Assembly (NCBI GenBank): GCA_039815185.1
Contig: JBCBZT010000045.1
Location: 1-62,859, forward strand
Direction: 5' to 3'
Source of the DNA: Cyanobacteria bacterium P01_A01_bin.123
GTDB lineage: Bacteria; Cyanobacteriota; Cyanobacteriia; Phormidesmidales; Phormidesmidaceae
Length of the DNA stretch: 62,859 nt
Shown: in pieces, positions 50,415-62,859 of the stretch
Layout of the letters: every line of letters begins with the position of its first letter
How positions within the stretch are numbered: the first letter of the stretch is position 1
Notes under the pieces: generated by a model
The model's database searches: none
The model's input: the letters and a program-made list of their open reading frames with translations, nothing else
What the model was told of the DNA's origin: nothing
Translations under genes and position numbers: made by a program

Positions 50415-50850
50415 AGGTTTTTCACCATCAGAATGGCATCCCCCGTATAGTGAATCAGGGGGTGGGGCACAATCGCTTCACGGGCAGTTTCGGCATACCC
50501 CAGACGATCGTACAGGCGCTTAGCCACAACGTTTTGCTCAAAAACGATTAGGCTCAGCGTGCCAAACCCTTTTGTTATTGCCTGGGCTTCTGCGACCTTC
50601 ATCATCTGGGTACCAATGCCTTGCTTTCGATACTCTGGAAATACGGCTATTCCGCAGACGTAGTAGCTATTGTCGGCTTCCAACTTGCTGCACTAATACA
50701 GGGTCTTCCTCCGGTTCCGCATCTGCATCGACCACCATGGGAAAGGCAACTAACATGCCCGCGATCGCGCCATCCTGAACTGCCAAAGTGCAGTTTTGAT
50801 AAGTAAGACAGCAGTCATTGCATCCTGCCTATGCCCAGTTGCCCCAAATG
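50411..50850 (-). pseudogene. GNAT acetyltransferase, 5' part disrupted
   Basis: AVFPEYRKQGIG and NVVAKRLYDRLGY; only about 90 codons remain open. Confidence 0.6.
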
Positions 50851-51493
50851 TAGCGCCAAGCGCACCGTCAAAAACGGTCATATCCACACCGGTAAGCAGC
50901 ATTTCCTTAACCGAGGCTGCGCGTCGAAAATCCTACCGATAAACGCATTGACCAGGCGACTCGGGAACCCACTTTGCCTATAGAGCTGCATTACTACGAT
51001 AGTTAGGCAGCGATCGTAGATATGAGAGAAACCCACACAATTCTGAGCAGAAGTCAACACTGTTTTTATAGACTGTAGACCTCCACCCAAGGGTAGAAAT
51101 TTTTAATTTTGGAGAGACATTAAGTATTGCAAAACAACTTTATTTTTGGCACACAAAAGCACGTTTGATTGATTAGGCTTGCGGTATACAAACTCGTAAT
51201 GAGTATGATTTGATGCGAGTACTTGAGTTCCTGAATCTAATTAATGCTTGGTAAAACCCAGGATTTGCTAGGGCGACTCGAACAAGTTTAAGCTTGTGCG
51301 CCAACACCATGCGCAAGCGAGTGGCTAACGAGTCATCGTTTTAAGGTAACGGTTGTTTGACTATGGTGACCTAACTATTCCTTTAGAAGGTGTGAAGATA
51401 GGTCACTGTTTTTCTAAGACAGTTTCTCTACTCATCAATCTCGCAGTTAAGGGATGTCTAACTGATGTTGAATGCATGTAAGGATCTGGGCAA

Positions 51494-54480
<2,987 letters not shown>

Positions 54481-55052
54481 TCCAAGATCGCAGTAGCTAC
54501 AAGGCTTGGTGCGCTACTGCATGTAGGGAATAAGCCAAAGCCCAATCCCGGTTTGACCAAGCGTTTAATCCTTCAGTGGGCTTGATCTACGAGATTGTTG
54601 AGAGGATAGCGGTGATTGATTGATTTCTAAAATTCTGTTTCCATTGCAGACCAATCACCTCACTGGGCCGACACCCCACTAAGAATAGAAATTCCACAAA
54701 CAGCGCTTAGTGTTGGTAGTTCATTCCTTTGCGGTTATCTTCCTTAAAGGCATCGATAGTGCGATCGCGCTCCTCTTCTGTGAATGCATTAGGTTTTGGA
54801 TCAACCTGATATCTATTGAACATTGATACGGAAATTGTCAGACGCGATCGCTAAAGCAAAAGTCCTGAGAGGCTCTTAGCACTCTCAGGGCTTGCTATTT
54901 GGGTCTTCAATTCAAGATGGGCAATACTGGGTTTTAAGCGCGATCGCAAAGAATCTGTCAGTTTTAAGGAAGAGAGTAGGTGAATTGACGCGAGGAAGTC
55001 GCTAGACGATTTAACCTAACGGTTTAGGCAAAATTTTTTATTAGAAACAGCG

Positions 55053-55766
55053 CTACTTAGGGGCAGCCACTAAAACTAAAGTGATCACCAATGCAGCCAC
55101 AGCTGCTGGCGGTACCAAAAACAGAACCTTCCGGTACACAGCCGCACTGCGGTCGATCACCCCCTGACTCAGTTTACGCAGTTGACCCGTTCGATAGAGT
55201 TGATTCAGGTGATAGCTGTCATAGCGGGCCATGCGGGCCATGGGCAGTTCACCCTGGGCACGCTGGGGCAAAATGCGCCGCCTTTGGTAAGGAACCGTGC
55301 TATCGCCAAAGTGAGTTAAATATTCTTCGGTAGCTAACAAATCATCAATAAAGCCTTTCAATCCTTTCGTTGCCAGCACAATTGACCAAGCAAATTTCTC
55401 TTGATTGTTGTATACAGAACGACCCAGAACTCTCTGAATGCAAAGTTCTACGAAACGATAGTTGTTATTAGTCTCGTAATTTAATCGCCGAAATGAGTCA
55501 GAGAGCAAAAGCCCCTGGATAAAATCTCGCACAGTCATTTGACCGCCACGCAGTTGAGACTCTAGGGGATCTTGGCGATGGGCCATAATCAACTGCTGCT
55601 CATTAAAAATTTGCCGATAGGCCGCCCGGATGACGTCATCCATTTCTGCATTGGTTGGCAGGTTGTCCAGGCTGTACTGTCTGGGATGTTCGTCTCCTGG
55701 AACTTCAAAGCCATCAACACGCTGATTTTGGCTAGAGAGGGGGTAGCTGAGTAGAGGGATGGTCAT
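55053..55766 (-). CDS. cpcL: Rod-membrane phycobilisome linker CpcL (CpcG2-type)
   Basis: MTIPLLSYP, AAYRQIF, VPYQRRR and a hydrophobic C-terminal anchor. Confidence 0.88.
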   Translation of the reverse strand: MTIPLLSYPLSSQNQRVDGFEVPGDEHPRQYSLDNLPTNAEMDDVIRAAYRQIFNEQQLIMAHRQDPLESQLRGGQMTVRDFIQGLLLSDSFRRLNYETNNNYRFVELCIQRVLGRSVYNNQEKFAWSIVLATKGLKGFIDDLLATEEYLTHFGDSTVPYQRRRILPQRAQGELPMARMARYDSYHLNQLYRTGQLRKLSQGVIDRSAAVYRKVLFLVPPAAVAALVITLVLVAAPK

Positions 55767-55829
55767 CGTGAAATCTCCAAAAAATTTCAATGAATAGACA
55801 GGGGTGAACGAGTAAGACAATGGGCGGAC

Positions 55830-55857
55830 GGCAGCAGTCATTCAAATGACTGCTGCC
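55830..55857. terminator. Intra-operon stem-loop between isiA-psaL and cpcL
   Basis: GGCAGCAGTCAT-TCAA-ATGACTGCTGCC, a perfect 12-bp stem. Confidence 0.55.
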
Positions 55858-55921
55858 ACCACTTAAGCCTGCGCTGCGAATGAGAAACAACGGACATGCC
55901 TACTCGTTGCTGCCCCACCGT

Positions 55922-57484
55922 TTAAGCGAGTCCTGCTCGCGCAATTTCTAGCAAGATAAAACAGGCAAAAATGACACCGCCAACGCCACCGATCAAGAAG
56001 CCTGAGGTAAACAGACTCCAGTCTGTATAGGTGCTGATGTTGCCAGGGAGCTTGCCCCGAGGTTTGCTGCGACCTTGAAAGACAGCGCCACCATAGAGGA
56101 ACAAACAAACGCTCAAAATCACGACCAGCCCGGCGGCACTGCCAAATCCAGCAAGCAGCGCTTGATCGCTGTTGCGTAATGGCCCTAGCTTAAGAAATGG
56201 CCCGAGCAATAAGTATCCATGGGCCATGCCAATTTCTAATCCCCGCGTTAATGGGGAGAGTTTTGGGCGATAGATTGGCAAGTTCTTGATCCAAGTGAGG
56301 GCCAAAGGGCTGCCGCTAATAGGGGTGGCTAGGGTACCCAACTGGGGATCATTTTGGGGGGGCTGAATGATGCCCGAAAACAAAGGCTCACTATTGAACT
56401 GGGTGTCGCCATAAAAGGCTCCGGCATTGAACTTCATTTTGCTGAAGTTGTATCCCGCCGCGATCGCCCGCGATCGCAGACCATGCCAAAAATGACCCGC
56501 CAGCAGCAGACTGGCAAAGATCAGGTGGAACAACATTAACCAGGTGCGTGGGGTAATCACCCCATTAAACGTGGTCGTCCCCAGCGGGCCATAAAACACC
56601 TCGGGATAAACGGTGTCATTCACCCAAACGAAGTACGCGGCAAAGTAGCCCATGTAGGCCAGCGCGGCTTGACTATAGGCTAAATACGCCTCCCCGGACC
56701 ACACAAATAATCCCTCTGCCCAACGGGTTGGGACACTACGGATGTGCCAGATACCGCCCAATATCAAGATGCCCCCGATCCACAGGTGCCCGCCGACCAC
56801 ATCTTCCAAATTGTTCACGGCAGCCATGCCCTTAAGTGTCCAGCCCTCTGACGTGATACCCACCAAATAGCCAAAAATGGTTAACGGGTTAAAGGTGGGT
56901 TGACTCACCAGACGAACAGCCCCCACTGCCGGATCATAAAGGCCGCTGGCATAGGTGGCTTTGACCACCAGCAGTAGGGCCCCGACCCCGAGCAGCACTA
57001 AATGGGCACCCAAGATGGTCGTCATTTTGTCTTTGTCACGCCACTGATAGCCGAAGCCGTTTTCATCAAGCTTCTCTGGCCCCAAGACGGCGTGGTAAAC
57101 CCCACCGGCCCCCAAAATGGCTGAGCTCACTAAGTGGACGACCCCAATGACAAAGTAGGGATAGGTATCGACAATCGCGTTGTCAGGGCCAACCCCAATG
57201 CCTAAGGTTGCTAGATGGGGCAGCAAAATCAGCCCTTGTTCGAACATGGGCACACTGGGGTTATAGCGCGACAGCTCAAACAGCGTCATCGCCCCAGCCC
57301 ACAGCACAATCAGCCCAGCATGAGCCACATGGGCTCCCAACAATTTGCCAGAAAGATTGGCAAAGCGAAAGTTACCGGCCCACCAAGAGTAGGGATCAAG
57401 AGAGTCTGCAACATAGTTGGTCGAGGCAGCGGTATCGGTTGAAAAGCCTAGGGGTTTGAGGGGGTTGGGTTGGGTCACAGTCAT
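55922..57484 (-). CDS. isiA: IsiA/CP43-family chlorophyll-binding protein fused to a C-terminal PsaL-like domain
   Basis: WWAGNFRF...[18 protein letters not shown], then [24 protein letters not shown] and GPLRNS (PsaL). Confidence 0.92.
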   Translation of the reverse strand: MTVTQPNPLKPLGFSTDTAASTNYVADSLDPYSWWAGNFRFANLSGKLLGAHVAHAGLIVLWAGAMTLFELSRYNPSVPMFEQGLILLPHLATLGIGVGPDNAIVDTYPYFVIGVVHLVSSAILGAGGVYHAVLGPEKLDENGFGYQWRDKDKMTTILGAHLVLLGVGALLLVVKATYASGLYDPAVGAVRLVSQPTFNPLTIFGYLVGITSEGWTLKGMAAVNNLEDVVGGHLWIGGILILGGIWHIRSVPTRWAEGLFVWSGEAYLAYSQAALAYMGYFAAYFVWVNDTVYPEVFYGPLGTTTFNGVITPRTWLMLFHLIFASLLLAGHFWHGLRSRAIAAGYNFSKMKFNAGAFYGDTQFNSEPLFSGIIQPPQNDPQLGTLATPISGSPLALTWIKNLPIYRPKLSPLTRGLEIGMAHGYLLLGPFLKLGPLRNSDQALLAGFGSAAGLVVILSVCLFLYGGAVFQGRSKPRGKLPGNISTYTDWSLFTSGFLIGGVGGVIFACFILLEIARAGLA

Positions 57485-58521
57485 GATGCACCTACCTGAC
57501 CACGGGTCGATTCAACAACACGGCCTTCGGCAAAGCTATAACCGGCTGCTCTGAGCGCGTGAAAGATGTGGCCCTGCAAGAAGAAGAACCCCAACCAAAA
57601 GTGAGCATTCGCCAGCCAGACCCGGGCGGTTAAGCTGCCGTCACTGCTGACAAACACGGGGAAACGGTCAAACACCAGCTTTAGGGTGGGGCCAAAAAAT
57701 TCCGTGGGAAATACCAAGGAATTGACTGAGACAAATAGGGTGGCGACAAATGCCATTAGACTCACAGCCCCAATGCTGTAGGACAGATAGGCTTCCCCTG
57801 ACCAAACAAACAAGTTTTGGGTCCAGGGCAACGGTTTTGTAGCGATATGCCAAAGGCCACCCAAAACGCAAATCACGCCAATCCAGATATGGCCCCCAAC
57901 CACATCTTCTAGGCTGTTGACCCCCGCTAACCAGAAGCGTCCTTCTGTGCCAAACAAGTAGCCAAAAATCGTGGCTGGATTCAGCGTTGGGTTAGTCACC
58001 ACCCGTACGTTTTGCACGATGGGGTCGTAGAGACCGCCGAAGGCGATCGCCTTTGCCACTAATAAAAAAGCACCGACCCCCAGCAACACGAGATGAATCC
58101 CCAAAATGGTGGTCATTTTATTGGTGTCATCCCAGCGGTACCCAAAGAACGAAAATTTGCCCTCTAGCTTAGCTGGGCCTTTGATCGCATGAAAAATGCC
58201 GCCCGCCCCCAAAAAGGCTGAACTGATCAGATGCAATACGCCAATCACAAAGTAGGGATAGGTATCTGTCACCTGCCCCCCTGCACCAACGCCTAACCCT
58301 AACCGGGCCAGGTTGGGCAAGACAATCAGCCCCTGCTCATACATTGGCAAGGTCGGATCAAACTGACCCACTTCAAACAAGGTAATCGCCCCGGCCCAAA
58401 GCACGATGAGCCCAGCATGGGCTACATGAGCCCCTAAAAGTTGTCCCGATAAATTAACGAGTCGAGCATTGCCTGCCCGCCAGGGAATCTGCGTGTTGAT
58501 ATTTTCTGTGGCAGCCGCCAT
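57481..58521 (-). CDS. isiA: IsiA/Pcb-family chlorophyll-binding protein
   Basis: [32 protein letters not shown] and [17 protein letters not shown]; lacks the CP43 luminal loop. Confidence 0.93.
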   Translation of the reverse strand: MAAATENINTQIPWRAGNARLVNLSGQLLGAHVAHAGLIVLWAGAITLFEVGQFDPTLPMYEQGLIVLPNLARLGLGVGAGGQVTDTYPYFVIGVLHLISSAFLGAGGIFHAIKGPAKLEGKFSFFGYRWDDTNKMTTILGIHLVLLGVGAFLLVAKAIAFGGLYDPIVQNVRVVTNPTLNPATIFGYLFGTEGRFWLAGVNSLEDVVGGHIWIGVICVLGGLWHIATKPLPWTQNLFVWSGEAYLSYSIGAVSLMAFVATLFVSVNSLVFPTEFFGPTLKLVFDRFPVFVSSDGSLTARVWLANAHFWLGFFFLQGHIFHALRAAGYSFAEGRVVESTRGQVGAS

Positions 58522-58574
58522 CGATGTCGTTCTCCTAAGTTAAGACTAAGCAAGTCAGCATGTAGGGTTGAGCC

Positions 58575-59720
58575 TTATGCAGATCTGGGCATAACCCCTG
58601 ATGCGAGTGGGGCAGTCCCATTCGCGATAAAGTCAAAAAAGGTGCCGTACTGGACACCGCGGGTGGCAGCACGGGCATGAAAGGCGTGCCACAAATGCCC
58701 AAGTAAGGCCAAAAAGCCTAATCCCGCATGAACACTCGCTAGCGCCGCTCGAATTGAGTCGGTCGCGCTGCCAACAGGCCCATAAAATACGCTGGGATAG
58801 ACAATTTCATTGGTAGAGACAAACACGGCGACGCTAAAGCCTGCGATCGCCAAAGCCCCCAAGCTATAAGACAAGTAAGCTTCCCCTGACCATAGCAGTC
58901 GTGCTTGAGCCCAAGCCATGGGTTTGGAAAAGATATGAAATACCCCTCCCCCAACACAAAGCAAACTCACCCAGATATGTCCACCTACAACATCTTCTAA
59001 GTTGTTGACACTAGCCATGCCGGTCAGTGTCCAACCCTCTGGCCCAAATCCCAACAAGTAGCCAAAAATTCGCACGGGGTTAATGTTGGGTTGCACCAAG
59101 CGCACCTGATCCACCAGCGGATCGTATAGCCCACCAAACCGAGTCGCCTTAAGCACCAGCAGTAAGGCTCCAACTCCCAACAGCAGCAAGTGAATACCCA
59201 GGATGGTGGTCATCTTGTCACGGTCTTGCCAGTTGTAGCCAAAGCCTTCCGGGTCGAGCCGTTCTGGCCCCAATACAGCATGGTAAATCCCACCAGCGGC
59301 CAAAACCGCCGAGCTGATCAGATGCACCATGCCGATGGCGTAGTAAGGATAAGTATCAACAATCTCTCCCCCTGCCCCCACCCCGATGCCCAGGGTTGCC
59401 AAATGGGGCAGCAAAATCAAACCTTGCTCGTGCATGGGCAAACTGGGATCAAATCGCGCCAGCTCAAATAGTGTCATCGCGCCAGCCCACAACACAATCA
59501 ATCCAGCGTGGGCAACATGGGCACCTAACAACCGTCCAGAGAGATCTTTGAATCGATTGTTGCCCGCTAATAGCGGTGCTCCGGTATCTTTGGTAACTCG
59601 ATAAGACCAACCCAGCGCTCGTAAAAGCGGTATCCAGAAAATGCCGTCCCCGCTTGTTTTCGATTCTACTGCTGCAACCGAGGCTCCACCTTCTCTATTG
59701 TCAGAGGATTGCATAGACAT
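58575..59720 (-). CDS. isiA: IsiA/Pcb-family chlorophyll-binding protein with N-terminal extension
   Basis: [24 protein letters not shown] and GHLWHA. Confidence 0.92.
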   Translation of the reverse strand: MSMQSSDNREGGASVAAVESKTSGDGIFWIPLLRALGWSYRVTKDTGAPLLAGNNRFKDLSGRLLGAHVAHAGLIVLWAGAMTLFELARFDPSLPMHEQGLILLPHLATLGIGVGAGGEIVDTYPYYAIGMVHLISSAVLAAGGIYHAVLGPERLDPEGFGYNWQDRDKMTTILGIHLLLLGVGALLLVLKATRFGGLYDPLVDQVRLVQPNINPVRIFGYLLGFGPEGWTLTGMASVNNLEDVVGGHIWVSLLCVGGGVFHIFSKPMAWAQARLLWSGEAYLSYSLGALAIAGFSVAVFVSTNEIVYPSVFYGPVGSATDSIRAALASVHAGLGFLALLGHLWHAFHARAATRGVQYGTFFDFIANGTAPLASGVMPRSA

Positions 59721-59757
59721 GTACGTTCCTAATGAGAGAAACCGAGTAGTTCACTAT

Positions 59758-59772
59758 TGACAATTCTTGTCA
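59758..59772. promoter_or_regulatory. Fur-like palindrome upstream of the isiA operon
   Basis: TGACAA-TTC-TTGTCA about 40 bp upstream of the start codon. Confidence 0.5.
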
Positions 59773-60268
59773 TAAAGATGATGTCACTATAGATCGGAAT
59801 GATTCACAATAAGCAAATGTAAAAAAATTTGTAGTTTCTGGCACCATGGCTCGACAGATAAAGGCTGGAAGCTAAGCGCCTGGTATGTTGGCAAATTAAC
59901 TTCTTGCACGGACCTCGGATCTGAAGGCTGAAATTTCCGTAGTTTCATTATGATTTTCGATTTATGCAAGCGGTCTAATTTGATGCCTAGACTTAAATCA
60001 GGTCTGGGTTCCCCAAAGCAGCCTTAAAATCGCAGGCCAGTGGGCGGCGATAAAGCCATCTCCTGCAATCGCCAATTATTTGTATTTACTAGGGTAGTTA
60101 TCTCTGGATTTGAGCTGGTTTTTGAGGGTTTTAATAGGAAAGATTATTGTTAGTTGACTTTTGCTCTCAGGTATAGAGGCAGTTGCCACAGCGCTAAGTA
60201 GGCACCTGACTGCGATTGCCCCTGTTACAGCTTTTCATGGAACGCCCGATGCAGTTTGTGAGCACAAC

Positions 60269-60778
60269 CTAAAGCATCAAATTATCAACGAACCGTTGGC
60301 TTTGAATCTTAGTTCGCACCATGACTTTAGTTAAAGCTTCTAATTTTTGGGTCTGACTATAGAAACTTGCTAGACGGTTAAAAGCCCGGCGCAGTCCATG
60401 ATACGCTGCCTGACGGGTGGGCGACGATAAGCCTTCATTATTCATTAATACAATCATCCGACTATGAGCCTTGAGCAAGCTAACCTCAGCTTCTTCAGGC
60501 TCTCTGAGCACTTGGCAACTGTCGGCTAAGTTGTTGCAGGATAGGAGGTATAGATGAATAAGACTAGTTGGTTGCTGGCATTGGAGCATAGTGGGCTGGA
60601 TCAATTTTTCAGCCAGTGCTAGGGCTTTTCGGTAAAAACTTTGAGCTGCTTTAAGATCACCAAGCTGCATTTGGCGGTTGCCCGCTTCGGTACATCGCAC
60701 CCAGGTTGAGTTGGGTTGGGGATTTTGGGATTCAGATCGGGACGTCTTGATATGCATTCGTGTCGTGGCAATCGGCAT
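60269..60778 (-). CDS. TPR-like helical hypothetical protein
   Basis: W...GN...A...Y..AL..AE helical-repeat pattern, located in the iron-stress cluster. Confidence 0.65.
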   Translation of the reverse strand: MPIATTRMHIKTSRSESQNPQPNSTWVRCTEAGNRQMQLGDLKAAQSFYRKALALAEKLIQPTMLQCQQPTSLIHLYLLSCNNLADSCQVLREPEEAEVSLLKAHSRMIVLMNNEGLSSPTRQAAYHGLRRAFNRLASFYSQTQKLEALTKVMVRTKIQSQRFVDNLML

Positions 60779-60790
60779 CCTCAGACTTCT

Positions 60791-60817
60791 TATTATTGAT
60801 ATATAATCTCAATAATA
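60791..60817. promoter_or_regulatory. Fur-like palindrome
   Basis: TATTATTGA-N9-TCAATAATA, a perfect inverted repeat. A second, GAGAATTTTTCTC, lies at 60937-60949. Confidence 0.55.
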
Positions 60818-60996
60818 GAACATGTCAAATAATTCAAAACCGTCGCTAGAATCAATCAGATACGTCGAATTCTTCTTCTGATAAGCATTAGGGGCACTTA
60901 TGAAGATTAAGGTTGACAACCCTGATTGATTTAGAAGAGAATTTTTCTCATCAATGCTAGACAAAAATATCCCTATCGAATTGTTACTGCCTGGAG

Positions 60997-61962
60997 ATGA
61001 ACGCCTTGGATATCTATGAATTTGATGTCGTTATTGTTGGAGGTGGCCCAGCAGGCTGTTCCTGTGCGTTATATACATCAAGGGCAGACTTGAAAACCGT
61101 TATCCTCGATAAAAATGCGGCGGTTGGCGCGCTTGCAATTACCCACAAAATTGCCAACTATCCTGGTGTACCGGGCGATGTCAGTGGAGAAACTTTGCTT
61201 ACTATTATGCGGCAACAGGCGATCGCCTTTGGCACCCACTATCAACGTGCCCAGGTCTTTAATCTCGATGTCAGTGGCCCCAAGAAAAAGGTGTTTACAC
61301 CTGAAGGCACGTTTGTCGGTCGGGCTTTGGTGCTGGCAACGGGGGCCATGGGTCGCACAGCATCGTTCAAGGGTGAAGCTGAGTTTCTAGGGCGGGGAGT
61401 GAGTTACTGTGCCACCTGTGACGCCGCTTTTTATCGAGACCGTGAAGTAGCTGTAGTGGGAGGTAATCTAGAGGCAATCGAAGAAGCCCAAGTGCTGACG
61501 AAGTTTGCCGCTACAGTGCATTGGATCACCTTCAAGGAGCCACCGCTTGAAGACCCCCATACTCAGGATCTCTTAAGCATGGCCAACGTCAAGCACTGGA
61601 ACCGCTCCCGACTGCTGTCGATTCAGGGAGATCATATGGGGGTGAATGGGATAGAAGTTAAATCCAAAGATCAAAAGACCTCCTTACACGTAGAGGTGGA
61701 TGGGGTTTTTGTCTATCAAAACGGCTCCAAACCGATAACTGACTTCATTGACGATCAGGTGCAGTTGAAAGCAGATGGTGGGGTCAGGGTTGATGAATTC
61801 ATGTCAACCAATATGGAAGGGGTTTGGGCCATTGGCGATATCCGCAACACCCCTTTTAAACAGGCTGTGGTTGCAGCGGGGGATGGCTGTATTGCAGCTA
61901 TGGCAATTGACCGCTTCCTCAACAGCCGTAAAGGGATTCGCCCTGATTGGGATCATTCCTGA
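60997..61962 (+). CDS. trxB: Thioredoxin reductase family FAD oxidoreductase
   Basis: GGGPAG, NYPG, LATGA, GRGVSYCATCD, VVGG and AIGD. Confidence 0.9.
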   Translation: MNALDIYEFDVVIVGGGPAGCSCALYTSRADLKTVILDKNAAVGALAITHKIANYPGVPGDVSGETLLTIMRQQAIAFGTHYQRAQVFNLDVSGPKKKVFTPEGTFVGRALVLATGAMGRTASFKGEAEFLGRGVSYCATCDAAFYRDREVAVVGGNLEAIEEAQVLTKFAATVHWITFKEPPLEDPHTQDLLSMANVKHWNRSRLLSIQGDHMGVNGIEVKSKDQKTSLHVEVDGVFVYQNGSKPITDFIDDQVQLKADGGVRVDEFMSTNMEGVWAIGDIRNTPFKQAVVAAGDGCIAAMAIDRFLNSRKGIRPDWDHS

Positions 61963-61983
61963 TCAGCGCCTGCTGTTGGGCAC

Positions 61984-62724
61984 TCACGGCATCAGCTCCA
62001 CCAAAGATAATCCCGACCGATAAGCAGTCTGCTGCCAAAACTCCAGAATCACCTGGCTTGTGCGCTGGGGATGGTCATGGTGAAAGAAATGGCGACCTTG
62101 GGGGCAACACCAAACGCGATCGCCGGGTTTAAGCCATTGGTTCCACTGGATCTGCATGTTGGGGTCAACAATCATATCCTGGGCACCATGGCAAACGAGC
62201 AAGGGTGGCTCCACCCCGCCCGGGGGTAATGTACTGCGCGTCGCTAAGGAGTGGGGGGCCAGTTCCGTATCGAGCACCTGTTCTAAAATGTCAGCAATAT
62301 TAGTTGTTCTCGCAAGTGGTTGCGGCCCAAACAGCAGCCGCACCATCTGCTGGAGAACCATGTGACGACTGCAAGGCAACAATTCTCTCAACGCATAGTA
62401 GTGCGCATGCCAGCTAATTGCTGGATTTGTGCCTACCGATAAAAGCGTTAAGGATTTGACCCGATCAGGATGTCGGTAGGCATACAGCAACGCGATCGCA
62501 CCGCTTAAACTATGGCCAATTAAATGGACAGGCCGAGCCTGCGGATGGAGATAGTCATGGAGTAAAGCCAGGGCGGTTTCAAGACAACAAGGCTCATCAG
62601 CAGTTTGAGCATAATTCCAGCAGCGCACATCGGTCTGCTGGTCTAATCGTTGCAAGAGGCGTTGATCAAATCGTCTGAGATTTGGGTTGACACAAAGCCA
62701 CAACCCATCGGGAGTATCTGACAT
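61984..62724 (-). CDS. isiC: IsiC-like alpha/beta hydrolase
   Basis: LWLCVNP, DEPCCL, HLIGHSLSG, WHAHYY and GRHFFH, in an iron-stress cluster. Confidence 0.75.
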   Translation of the reverse strand: MSDTPDGLWLCVNPNLRRFDQRLLQRLDQQTDVRCWNYAQTADEPCCLETALALLHDYLHPQARPVHLIGHSLSGAIALLYAYRHPDRVKSLTLLSVGTNPAISWHAHYYALRELLPCSRHMVLQQMVRLLFGPQPLARTTNIADILEQVLDTELAPHSLATRSTLPPGGVEPPLLVCHGAQDMIVDPNMQIQWNQWLKPGDRVWCCPQGRHFFHHDHPQRTSQVILEFWQQTAYRSGLSLVELMP

Positions 62725-62859
62725 AAGTTCATCCCACTAAACCTTAAGAAAGCTGACAGTCAGGCACCCGAGTAGATTGCTGACTGCCAGCGAGCCTCTG
62801 GAACATCGCAGCGCAAATGCGCTACAGCCCCATTTCTGATTTAAGTTGAGTACACCAGG

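Overview
Cyanobacterial chromosome segment, with abundant HIP1 GCGATCGC octamers in the core genes and gene content resembling filamentous Leptolyngbyaceae. Ordinary content includes signalling genes (AAA_35-WD40, AAA_35-GGDEF, Ser/Thr kinase-CHASE2, NarL two-component pair, SigK/RskA-like ECF pair, CBS-PAS-GGDEF-EAL), aroE, mmsA, katG, trxB and an iron-stress cluster (isiA, isiA-psaL, cpcL, isiC). Accessory DNA is interleaved with these. (1) Three separate groups of integron attC sites occur with no integrase in the window (about 0.1-1.8 kb, 16.3-17.1 kb and 48.1-49.9 kb). The first attC is split by the 5' end of a group IIC-attC intron, and the last group carries a UG/Abi-type reverse transcriptase with an FNDD motif as a gene cassette. 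(2) Two paralogous all-coiled-coil genes lie divergent from an XRE plus IrrE/CapP-like metallopeptidase pair (HExxE motif). The shared promoter region holds a perfect cyanobacterial LexA box and two copies of an operator, making this a candidate undescribed DNA-damage-inducible stress or defence module. (3) A roughly 1490-codon LamG/crystallin gene is interrupted by one in-frame TGA, and a deleted copy of its 5' end is fused to a neighbouring beta-helix outer-membrane gene. That gene is flanked by inverted MITE copies and preceded by tandem ECF promoters and a duplicated structured 107-bp element. (4) A decayed IS630 runs in frame into a cysteine-desulfurase-like gene. All calls come from reading motifs by eye; no database searches were run.
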